26,279 nt of DNA from Octopus sinensis (GCF_006345805.1 NW_021835587.1:1-26279), one strand, 5' to 3'; positions 1 through 9,935 are shown, counted from the stretch's first letter. Numbers and translations are program-made. The notes: generated by a model from the letters alone, not told the origin.

Positions 1-180
1 AAAACTGAAGGACCACTGCAATAAGTGGTTGAATCATAATTATTTGATTCTCCTGTATTTTCTTTTACCGAAAACCAGGAAAATCTCAGTACCCCGCCTC
101 GCACATGGGATAACTTCCAGATATCCGTGACCTGGAAGTAACAACACAGGCGTGCTACTTGCTCAAGATAAACTCTACAG

Positions 181-760
181 CAGTGACTCTGAACGTGGGG
201 AACGTGGGGAATAATGCCCCACAGGTGGGGCTGGGAAATTATGGTGGAGCGTGGCGCCATAGACAATCAGGCAAAAGGTTCTCATTAAAGTGAGTAATTT
301 TTTTCTTGTCAATAATCTTTTTTTTACTTTTGTGCTCAGTACTTAATAAAAGAATTACCAGTATATTCTTTGGTATTTAATAATTGTGATAAAATACGGG
401 CATATGCGTAGTAGTTAAAGAAGCGCGGGCTAATAACCCCCGATTCCAAGTTCGATTCCAGGTAGTTACCTGAATGATAATAATAATAATAATAATAATA
501 ACAACAGAAAATATACCTTAGGAATGAGAACCCGGATTTCGAAACTTCCCCAAAACATCTGATGAAGGCTGGAGGGTATGTCAGCAGCCGAATTTTTGTT
601 GTTAACAACAAACAAGATGAGGACAAAATCCGTCAAAATGTAAATAAGTTAAATAATGTACTGAAAATAAAGTTGTTTTATTTTCCGACCGCCGTTGGAG
701 CATACATTTTTCAATAACAGTTATAGTGGGGTCTGAGGGAAAATTGGCTGGGAAACACTA
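181..760. mobile_element. Non-autonomous hAT (Charlie-like) DNA transposon / MITE
   Basis: Identical 8-bp direct repeat CTCTACAG at 173-180 and 761-768. Left end CAGTGACTCTGAAC; right end reverse complement TAGTGTTTCCCAGCC, an imperfect hAT-type TIR pair. An 8-bp NTCTANAN-like TSD is typical of hAT/Charlie. No transposase. Confidence 0.75.
398..655 (+). mobile_element. tRNA-derived SINE nested in the hAT MITE, with (AAT)n linker and Penelope-like 3' part
   Basis: A-box-like TGCGTAGTAGTTAA (~405-418) and B-box GTTCGATTCC (450-459), then (AAT)n at ~477-498. The 3' region contains CTGATGAAGGCTG...CAGCCGAA. Confidence 0.6.
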
Positions 761-1009
761 CTCTACAGCTAACTCCACAGGCACAAAAGTGCGCGTCATC
801 AAACAACTCTATCCAAGATACACATAAAGCTACAAAACTGTATTGCACGCCACCCTCGTTCGGTGTCCGGGCTGTTTCGTGTCCAATGGATCCGTCAATT
901 GCCGAGTCCCTCTTGAAATTACATAAAAAGACAAGGGAGGGGAAAATATAATTAAGCTCTATATTAAGATGCATTGATTTTTTAAATGACACGATTTGTG
1001 AGTATGTTT

Positions 1010-1100
1010 GAGTGTGTGCATGTGTGCGCGCGCGTGTGTGTGCGCGTGTGCGTGTGTGCGCGCCCTTGTGTGTGCGTGTGTGTGTGCGCGCGTGTGTGTG
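1010..1100. repeat. (TG)/(CG) alternating purine-pyrimidine microsatellite
   Basis: Directly visible. Confidence 0.9.
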
Positions 1101-1108
1101 CCTGTCCA

Positions 1109-1290
1109 CCTCCGCCTGATAAACGGTTTTGATTTGTATACGTCTCCGTAACTTAGCAGTTAAGCAAAAGATCTGGATAGAATAAGTATCAGGCTTAAAG
1201 ATAAGTAATGGGGTCGACTTGTTCGACTAAAACCCTTCAAGCCGATGCCTTAGCATGGCTGCAGTCCAATGTCTGAAACAAGTAAAACAC
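1109..1290 (+). mobile_element. 3' half of the CORE-like SINE family (solo)
   Basis: Aligns with 4385-4545 and 16170-16330 (cgtctccgtaacttagc...gatagaataagta...ggggtcgac...agcatggctgcagtc...ctgaaacaagtaaaa). Confidence 0.75.
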
Positions 1291-1296
1291 AGAAAT

Positions 1297-1298
1297 AA

Positions 1299-1331
<33 letters not shown>

Positions 1332-1631
1332 CTATATATATATATGTTTAAGTTACCCCTTATCCCTGGCACTTTTAACATAGGTGTGCATATTTTCAGC
1401 TGAATACAATCACATCTGCACACATTATAAATATATACATACGCATTAAATATATACATATATACGCATTATATATACATGTCTACATATATATATATAT
1501 CTACACACATATATACAAATATATACATATTATATATATATACACACACACACATATATATATATATGTATACACATTATATATATATTTATATAGATAC
1601 ATATAATATATATATATATATATATACACAT
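1297..1631. repeat. TA-rich compound microsatellite / low complexity
   Basis: (TG)n(TA)n and (TA/CA) runs, interrupted by a 33-bp motif at 1369-1401 that recurs at 2806-2838. Confidence 0.85.
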
Positions 1632-2235
1632 ATGGAGCTCACCTCTAAATACCTCGACCGTGTCCTTGACCCTAGTGGCGTCTCTTCCCTCCCACATCCA
1701 CGATACAACCATGCTCTCCGGCTTTTCAACTCTTTCTCCTTTCCTCCCGGCTCCTCCAAAATCCTTTTACTATGGACATTCAGAGCCTCTATAAAGTTAT
1801 CCCTCACCACGAAGGACTGCAGGCACTTCAACACTTTCTTGACCTCCGCTCCAACCCTGAACCTGACACCTCCACACTCATTCGTCTGCCGAACTTGTCC
1901 TTACTTTTAACTGCTTCTCGTTCACGGGCGAGTTCTACCATCAGGTCTCGGGAGTGGCCATGGGAAACGCGAATGGGCCCCAACTATGCGAACCTGTTCG
2001 TTGGCTATGTTGAGGCCCAATATTCTCTAATTTTCACCGGTCCCACTCCTGAACTATATGGTCGTTACATTGACGACATTATCGGTACCACCTCACTCTC
2101 CCGTGAACATCTAGATTCCTTCCTCTCTTTTTTTCAATCTTTCCATCCAGCCCTCCACTTCACTTTTACTATCTGCAACACCTCTGTCTCCTTCCTCGAC
2201 ATTTCGGTTAGCATTCTTCACTCCACTCGCTCCAA
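1632..2235 (+). mobile_element. Penelope-like element (PLE) reverse transcriptase fragment, frameshifted
   Basis: Peptides across frames: ELTSKYLDRVL, MDIQSLYKVIPHHEGLQAL, RMGPNYANLFVGYVE, YGRYIDDI, FHPALHFT, VSFLDISV. These are PLE RT motifs. Truncated at both ends; no GIY-YIG domain seen. Confidence 0.85.
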
Positions 2236-2720
2236 CACTTTCCCACTCTCTTACTCTTCCTTGCTCTCGGATTCTCCTTCGCTTTCTCTTAGGCTCTATC
2301 TTTTTCCATCTATTTCTCTCCCACTTATAAACGACAAAAGATCTTGAGTAAGTTGAGAAAGAAAAAGATCAGTTATGAATATCAGGCAGTGACAACGGAA
2401 AGGTCTGCTTCAAGGCAGATAGCAAAACACTAACATTTAAAACAGACAGACGAACTTGCGAGCTGAATATAAATTTTAAAATATTGGAAACCAAAGTTTG
2501 AAGGGATAGAATTTGAGGATAGTAGAGTCACCATGGCTGGCATTTCTTAACGACGGACAGCAACGTAGTGGCAGTTTAACGGCTGGCGTAAAATTTTGAA
2601 CTTGATGTAACAGAAAATTCCTAAACACCTGCTCCTGTAAATTTTAATCCCCTTCCAGCCCCATTTAGACCCCTTTTCACATTTTGGTTAATATAACCCG
2701 ATTTCATTCAGGTCTACTCG
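2236..2720 (-). mobile_element. Diverged inverted copy of the Helitron-like repeat at 3430-4005
   Basis: Three colinear reverse-complement blocks: 2692-2707 = 3443-3458 (16/16), 2634-2675 ~ 3578-3619, and 2236-2331 ~ 3820-3894. Confidence 0.55.
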
Positions 2721-2859
2721 GGGCACATTTTATAAGATGAGGAATTTTGTCATAGAGGTCACGCCTTTCATTTGAGGAAAAAATAGTTGCCATACAAACT
2801 CGCCAGCACTTTTAACATAGGCGTGCATATTTTCAGCTCAACCGACCACATAATGCATA

Positions 2860-3004
2860 CATTATATATATACGCATTAAATATATATATGTACATATAT
2901 ACGCATGGAATATATATACACCTATAATATTATGCATTATATATATATGTGTGTGTACGCATATTATATGTGTGTGTGTACGCATTATATATACAAATGT
3001 ATAC

Positions 3005-3077
<73 letters not shown>

Positions 3078-3145
3078 GTATTTATAAATACACTATAATA
3101 CACTTTGTAAATATATACATATTTATATATAGAACACACACACCA
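2860..3145. repeat. (TA)n-rich low complexity
   Basis: Directly visible. Confidence 0.9.
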
Positions 3146-3429
3146 CACACTTTTACATTAACCCAATAAATATCTGATTCATATTTGTTCTCATGAATGT
3201 ATGATTGTTGTGGCGATGATAATTCTCTCTATGAATGCAGACAGACGTAAAGAGAGAGAGAGAGAGAGAGAGTGAGTGACAGCGCTTGCGAAGGCGGCGG
3301 GGGAAAGATAGTAGACAATGTCAAGCGATGTTATAGAGAGAAAGTGATGGGAAGGGAGGAAACAGAGAGAGACGGAGGAAGACAGTCAGATAAGAGAATG
3401 AGAGGAGACTTGTCAAAGTGTGCGTTCTT

Positions 3430-4005
3430 TGCCCTAGTAACCATGAAATCGGGTTATAATACCGAAACATGTAAAACAATAATAAACTATTTTAATCCCG
3501 AGCAAGGCCCGCTATATCGGTCTAATCTATAGATCGGAAGAAGGCGAACGTTGATACAAATTGGATTTTTATATAACAAGGGGTTTAAATGGGGCTGGAA
3601 GGGTATTCAAATTTACAGGATGGGGTAACTTGAGGTGGGAAATTGATTAAGAGATGTTTGGGGGCGTTACAGTGGTTGCTTTGGTGAAAAACTGGGATTT
3701 TATTGATTTTGGGGGACATTTGGGGGTTTAGATCGGACACCTTTTGCCAGATTTCAATCAAATTTTCAACAAGGTAAAATGGAAGCGGATTTGTAATTTA
3801 AACGTGGAAATCTATTTTTTTTATAAATGGAAGAGACATAGATAAAGATAAAAGAGTAAGAGAAAGCGAGGGAGAGTTCGAGAATGGGAAAGTGAGAAAG
3901 GAGATAGAAACAAAAAGGGAGAATGTGGCGATAGAAACAGAGAGAAAGCACAGAAACTAACAACTACGCACTCACCCGCGCGCAGAACAGGTCACCTTAA
4001 GCTAG
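3430..4005 (+). mobile_element. Putative non-autonomous Helitron-like element(s); possibly two tandem 3' ends
   Basis: Ends in a GC-rich degenerate hairpin (acccgcgcgcagaacaggt) plus CTAG|T at 4002-4006. A similar cccgagcaaggccc...CTAA end lies at 3497-3525, followed by a TC start at 3526. No TSD or TIR. Confidence 0.4.
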
Positions 4006-4028
4006 TAATATAATATATATAATATATA

Positions 4029-4107
<79 letters not shown>

Positions 4108-4116
4108 ATATATATA
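4006..4116. repeat. (TA)n microsatellite
   Basis: Directly visible. Confidence 0.95.
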
Positions 4117-4144
4117 AAATAATAATAGCGCAGTAGTGGTTATA

Positions 4145-4270
4145 GGCGTACGAGTGGCTGTGTGGTAAGTAGCTTGCTTACCAACCACATGGTTCCGGGT
4201 TCAGTCCCTCTGCGCGACACCCTTGGGTAAGTGTCTTCTACTATAGCCCGGGCCAAAGAAGAAGTCCGTC

Positions 4271-4337
<67 letters not shown>

Positions 4338-4545
4338 GTAAGTGTGTATGTATGTCTTTGTCCTCCTTAACATCTCTTCACAACCGATATTGGTGTGTTT
4401 ACGTCCCCGTAACTTAGCGTTCGGCAAAATACACCGATATAATAAGTACTAGGCTTAGAAAGAGTAAGCCCTGGGGTCGATTTGATCGACTAAAGACGGT
4501 GCTCCAGCATGGCAGTAGTCAAATGACTGAAGCAAGTAAAAGAGT
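4145..4545 (+). mobile_element. tRNA-derived CORE-like SINE with internal (TA)n, near full length (short internal deletion)
   Basis: Head ggcgtacgagtggctgtgtggtaag...GGTTCAGTCC (A/B boxes), CORE-like CCTTGGGTAAGTG, (TA)n at 4271-4337, and a 3' tail ending GACTGAAGCAAGTAAAAGAG. Colinear with 15897-16340. Confidence 0.85.
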
Positions 4546-4689
4546 ATATACGTACTACATGCATACATAAATTTGTGTATGTGCGTGCGTGTGTGTGTGT
4601 GTGTGTTTGTGTGTGTTTGTGTGTTTTTGTGAGTGTGCGCCCGCGTGTGAAGAGGGTGAAAACAATATAGATGGTAGAATGGAGAGTCA

Positions 4690-5165
4690 GAAAGAGTTAA
4701 AAAATGAAATACCGAACGGGTGATGGAAAGAAGAAGAAGAAATACAGAGAAAAAAACATAGACTGAAGGAAAAGAACGAATGACAAATAAAACGAATGAA
4801 AAAGAAGGAAAGAAATGAAAGTATTAGAGGGAATGAAAATATACAGGATGAGACCGAAGAAATACGAAATGAAAGAATAAGTCAGAATAAAATGAATAAA
4901 ATGAAAAGATGTATCAAAGAAAAAATAGGAAGAACAAAAATGAAGAATAAGAAAGAGATAAAAGATAAAAGAGGGTGAAAGAATAAAAGACAATAAAGAA
5001 TGAAGAAAAGTGCAGAATGAATGGCAGAATAATAAAATGAAAGGTAGACATAAAGAAAGATATAGAAAAGAAAGAAAAAAGACAGGAAGCAAGAAAGGAT
5101 AAGAGAGAGAGAGAGAGAGAGCGAGAGAGAAAGAGAGAAGGAGTGGTATGGAAGAAAGAAGGAAA
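4690..5165. repeat. Purine-rich (GA/AAAG) low-complexity tract
   Basis: Almost entirely A/G on the + strand; explains the K/E/R-rich and F/L/S-rich ORFs. Confidence 0.85.
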
Positions 5166-5379
5166 GAATTTCAGTAGGAAACCGGTTCCTTTTCATGAAT
5201 TTGGTGCTTTGTTGTAGAAACTACAAAGACGGCTTAGAACGAGTTTGAAAATGGCGGTGTTTGTGGTGAAGCTTGTTATGTGTGACTACGCGTATGTCTT
5301 AGCGGAAGACACACTAAAGATCACATACACATAACACATGTACTAACCGGTAAGTACACACACACGCACACTCACAGAT

Positions 5380-5863
5380 GTGCATGCATATATATATATA
5401 TATATTAGATATATATATATATTAGATTATATATATATACGCACACACACATGCGTGTATATATATGTGCATATACTTACATTGACATTCGTATATATAG
5501 GCATTTATATATGTACTTATGTATACATATATAAATACCTATACATGCGAATGTATATGTAAATATGTGAGTATATGCACACTCGCACATATATATATAT
5601 ACGCATATGTCTATGTATGTATGTCTGTATGTATGTATGTATGTATGTATGTATGTATGTATGTATGTATTTATGTATGTATGCATGTATATGTGTATAT
5701 ATGTGTGTGTGTATAAATATATACACATATACTTACATATACATATATATATGTGTATGTAGGTATGTATGCATGCATGTATGTATATATTCTATATACG
5801 TATACACGTATATTTATACTTATATATTCTCTTACAGATACACACACACACATATACTATATA

Positions 5864-5941
<78 letters not shown>

Positions 5942-5960
5942 CGTATGTATGTATACATGT
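5380..5960. repeat. Compound (TA)n/(TATG)n microsatellite
   Basis: Directly visible. Confidence 0.9.
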
Positions 5961-6184
5961 ATGTGCTTGGGTGAGACAGAGAGAAGGTGGGAGAGGATTG
6001 AGAGGGAGGGAGGGAGGGAAGTTGTAGCGACTATTGACAGTATTGCAGTGTGTGTATGTGTGTGTAAATGTATGTCAATGCGTGTGTGAGGTGGAATGTG
6101 TGATAAGTGTGATAGGTGGGGTGTGATAGGTACTGAGTGGGGAGGTTGTTCTGACTATGTTGAGTGCGTCTGGGAGATTACGTC

Positions 6185-7060
6185 AATGACAGCAGAGAGA
6201 AGAAACAGCAGCAGCCGTGGCAGCAGCAGTAGCAGCAGCATTGACAACAATCGATAAGTAGAGAGGATGATGATGATGACGACGAGGACGACAACAACGA
6301 TAACGGCGACAACGATGTTGATAATGACGAAGTTCTGGTGACAACGACGGTGGCGACGCGGAAGATCTCAATGATGATGATGATGATGACTATGACGATG
6401 GTGGTGGTGGTGGTGGTTGTGGTGAGAATGTAGAGTTGACAACGACGACGGCGATGACGACGACGACGACGACGATGATGATGATGATGATGAGGAGGAG
6501 GAGGAGGAGGAGGAGGTTGATGGTGGTGGTAATGGTGGTGATGAAAAAGACGTAGTGGGAAGAGGGTTGGAGGATCGGGCATGAAGATGAGAAGAGGAGG
6601 AAGTTTGTCAGTTGAATGTTGTTTGTGATGTTGTGGTAATGATGGCAGCGGCGGTAGCGGTGGTGGTGGTGTTAACAAAGGATGTGATAATTAGATGTGA
6701 AAGAAGTTATTGAGTGTGTGTGGGGTAGGGCATTAGGGATGTGGTGGGGTAGGAAGTGACCATGTTTAATTATGGAGGCGGCTGTGTTGTCATGTGTCTA
6801 CAATTATAGGGTGATGGGGTGTGCAGTAGTGCTGGTGGGGTGATGATGGTAGCTGGATTTGTTGTAGAGATTGTAGTGATGGAGGTAGTTAAAATGGTGG
6901 TGTAGTGGTGGTGCTGGTGCTGGTAGCGGTGACAGTGGTGGTGGTGGTGGATACGGTGGTGGTTTTGCTAGAGGCTTTGCTGGTGATGTTTGGAGTGGGG
7001 GTTGTGGTGGTGTGGTCGTATTAGAAACTGTTGTGATGGTGGTGGTTGTGTGGGAATGAA
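6185..7060. repeat. Mosaic trinucleotide low-complexity region (GCA, GAT, GAC, GGT, GAG)
   Basis: Successive short triplet runs; gives poly-P/H/S/R ORFs without domain structure. Confidence 0.85.
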
Positions 7061-7185
7061 GGCGGCTAGTATTTGAAGTTGTGTATGTGTGTGTACGTAT
7101 TTGAGAGAGAGAAAGAGAAAAAGAGAGACAGACAAACAGAGAAAGAGAGAGATTGCGTGTAGTGGAATTGCAGGAACTGTAGTGA

Positions 7186-7246
7186 GAAGAAGAAGAAGAA
7201 GAAGAAGAAGAAGAAGAAGAAGAAGAAGAAGAAGAAGAAGAAGAAG

Positions 7247-7275
<29 letters not shown>
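7186..7275 (+). repeat. Perfect (GAA)30
   Basis: 90 nt uninterrupted. Confidence 0.95.
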
Positions 7276-7278
<3 letters not shown>

Positions 7279-7911
7279 GAGGGAGGAGGAGGAGGACTTA
7301 ATGGAACTAAGAGGAGCTGGGAGTCATGTCGGCGGAAGAAGAAAAGAAAGAATTCGTTGGAAATAGAAATTCGAAGAACCTGAAACTTTAAAAATGCAAA
7401 CCAACAGAAGGTTTTTGTTGAGGCAAAAGAGAAAAGAATAGTGATTCCTCCATACAAGAATCGAAACTGTATTGCCGGGTTTGTTTTGTTAGACAAACTG
7501 ACTCGCATAAACTGACTCGTTTTTCATTATCACCACATGCACTTCTAAATAGTCATTTTCAACCTGCAGGAAATAACAGTCAGTTCTCCAGAAATCTTAT
7601 CCTTTTTTTAAAAAAATGTGGGCACATCGGATAATGTAGATCCTAGATATACTATGTTCGAATAAAGACAAACTGGTCTTTTTTGGAAGCATTGATATTA
7701 TGACAAGTTATAGCCAATTCACGGTCAAAAAGTTGACATCACATGTTCAAATCTCCCGTTAACAGACAGCAATCCTTATACTACACTAGGCTTCCATGAA
7801 GGCAATAGTCAGGGCGGGCAAGTCATTGGTTAATGTTCTGATTGATTATAGCCGACCTGGAACCAAATAAAAGTGTCAGACATCTCGTTTGCATAATGTA
7901 GTCATAGATAT

Positions 7912-8244
7912 TATAACCTTCGCCTTCACTAAGGCGGAGGTATTGTTTTCAGTCGCGTTTGTTTGTTTGTCTGTCCGTGGACAAGATACCTCAAGAACTG
8001 CTGGATGGATTCTGATGAAACTGTCAGGGATGTTTGACCTTGTGTCCGGTACCGGACAAGGATTCTGGATTACTTTTCCGTTTTTGTTTTTTACTTAATT
8101 TTTGAGAGAGGTCGGATTCATTTTTAGTATTCTCGTTTGTGAGAGCAGTCGAGTTTATTTCAGATATTCTCATTTTAAAAATCATCTCAGATTAATCGTT
8201 GGTGTTGCCTTGGCGGAGGTTTGCGCTCTCTGAGTGTTCTTGTT
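7912..8244 (+). mobile_element. Helentron-associated non-autonomous element (HINE/DINE-1-like)
   Basis: 5' ACCTTCGCC (7916-7924) is inverted both to the adjacent GGCGGAGGT (7933-7941) and to the subterminal GGCGGAGGT (8212-8220). Also a (gttt/gtct) microsatellite, a 3' hairpin GCGCTC-tct-GAGTGT (8223-8237) and T-rich ends. Confidence 0.7.
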
Positions 8245-8519
8245 GAAACTGGTATTGGTGAAAAGATAAGATTCTCACAAGAAAGTCTTTGCTTCATCTG
8301 GACATTATTATTTCTATAGAAAATATCACTTTCAAAAATTTCAATTTTTTCTCCCAAAATATCAATACCGATATTTTTCGATTGGTTTTCCATGTTAAAT
8401 TTGTGGTCATAAACCGAAAGATTGCTCAAGAAAGTGACAAAACTTTTTTTAAATGCCGTTTTGGAGTCTCTGTATTAATCGTTTTTCTGCTGCTTATTTC
8501 AATCATTGGACGACAGCCA

Positions 8520-8675
8520 AGCTGAGGCTAGGCCTTGATGCGTTCACTCGAACAATCGACCTCCGTGCTTATATTTTCAAGTACGGTCCATATTCTCGGG
8601 CTCTTGCCAAGCTACTAAGTTACGGTGATGTAAACAAATACCGGTGTCAAGCAGTGGTGGGGAACAAACAAATAG
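8520..8675 (-). mobile_element. Highly diverged 3' half of the CORE-like SINE
   Basis: Reverse complement contains gcttgacaccggt...gtttacatcaccgtaacttag...ggtcgattgttcgag, matching 16160-16280. Confidence 0.5.
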
Positions 8676-8724
8676 CAACTTTCGTACATGTAGATGCGTG
8701 TGTGCATATATGTATGTGTGCATA

Positions 8725-8758
8725 TAATAATAATAATAATAATAATAATATAATAATA

Positions 8759-8796
<38 letters not shown>

Positions 8797-8823
8797 GAAA
8801 TCATTATTATTATTATTATTATT
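8725..8823. repeat. (AAT)n followed by inverted (ATT)n
   Basis: (AAT)n at 8725-8793, a short spacer, then (ATT)n at 8803-8823. Confidence 0.9.
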
Positions 8824-9378
8824 GAGTGAGATAGCAGTCCATGCCATCAAAGTGACACTGGGGTAAAATATACGAAGCCCAATATACCCATCATGACTAC
8901 CCGTCTGATAAGGGTACACCAGGCACATGCATCACAACCATATGTGCGCGACATGGTGATCTCATATCAAAATAAACAGCTCATGACCTTGCAGGTGGAG
9001 CCCAGTTAGAATTTTCTTCAGGTTGAGTAGCCCATCCCGCTCAAAAGGTCCCTGAATAAGCGTTGTTTAAGGATGTTGAAAGAACCACCCATGTTTCCAG
9101 AGGTGAATTATTCAAACCCCAAAGAATCCCTCTCAACACATGGCTATGATGCTCCACCACTACTTCTGCTCGTGATCAGAGATGCACATATCGTCAGCCA
9201 CTAAGGGACATGCTCAACTGGTTAAGGTCAAACAACTGACAAGCAAATATGTGGTATTGAGCAGAATATTTGCTGTAGCCCATCTTTTATACCAAGACAA
9301 AACAATGTACATGATAACACTTCCAATCAGTTAAGATCAGAAGCCATGAGAGCCACTGCCTGGTACTGCATCAGGGCA

Positions 9379-9381
<3 letters not shown>
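8824..9381 (-). mobile_element. ~560-bp non-coding (AAT)n-bounded repeat 'X', copy 1 (full length); putative non-autonomous retroposon
   Basis: On the - strand: (AAT)n-AAATGCCCTGATGC...CTCACTC-(AAT)n. Homologous to 9451-9858 and 25081-25477. No ORF, no A/B boxes, no TIR. Confidence 0.7.

Positions 9382-9450
<69 letters not shown>
9382..9450. repeat. (ATT)n
   Basis: Directly visible, with two ATC variants. Confidence 0.95.
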
Positions 9451-9858
9451 GTCTTAGTATAAAAGATGGGCCACAGCAAATATTCTGCTCAATAGCACAA
9501 ATTTGCTTGTCAGTTGTTTGACCATAACCAGTTGACCATGGCTGACGATATGTGCATCTCTGATCACGAGCAATAGTAGTAGGGGAGCATCATAGCCATG
9601 TGTTGAGAGGAATTCTTTGGGGTTTGAATAATTCACCTCTGGAAACATGGGTGTTTCGTTCAATATCCTTAAACAACCCTTATTCAGGGACCTTTTGAGC
9701 GGGATGGTCAGTTGCTGTTTATCTTAATATGAGATCTCCAGGTCGCACACATATGGTTGTGATGCATGTGCCTAGCGTACCCTGATCAGACGGGTAGTCA
9801 TGATAGGCTTCATATATTTTACCCGTTTCATTTGATGGCATGCACTGCTCTCTCACTC
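9451..9858 (+). mobile_element. Repeat 'X' copy 2, 5'-truncated with internal deletions
   Basis: Reverse complement of copy 1. Lacks the first ~100 nt and an internal ~50-nt block; ends CTCACTC followed by (AAT)n. Confidence 0.75.
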
Positions 9859-9870
9859 AAAAATAATAAT

Positions 9871-9935
<65 letters not shown>

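Noticed and set aside
398-475. tRNA-like sequence with A and B boxes
   Set aside because: No complete cloverleaf or acceptor stem; it continues into a SINE body, so it is a SINE head and not a tRNA gene. The same holds for the heads at 4145, 15897 and 22740.
5380-7508. Numerous 60-234 aa ORFs (MYVC/IHTY repeats, poly-P/H/S/R)
   Set aside because: They are translations of microsatellites and low-complexity DNA, open in several frames and on both strands, with no domain signature. The same applies to similar ORFs throughout the window.
9250-9381. Possible HDV-like ribozyme at the 5' end of repeat X
   Set aside because: I could not assign P1/P2/P3/L3 with the canonical order and consensus by eye.
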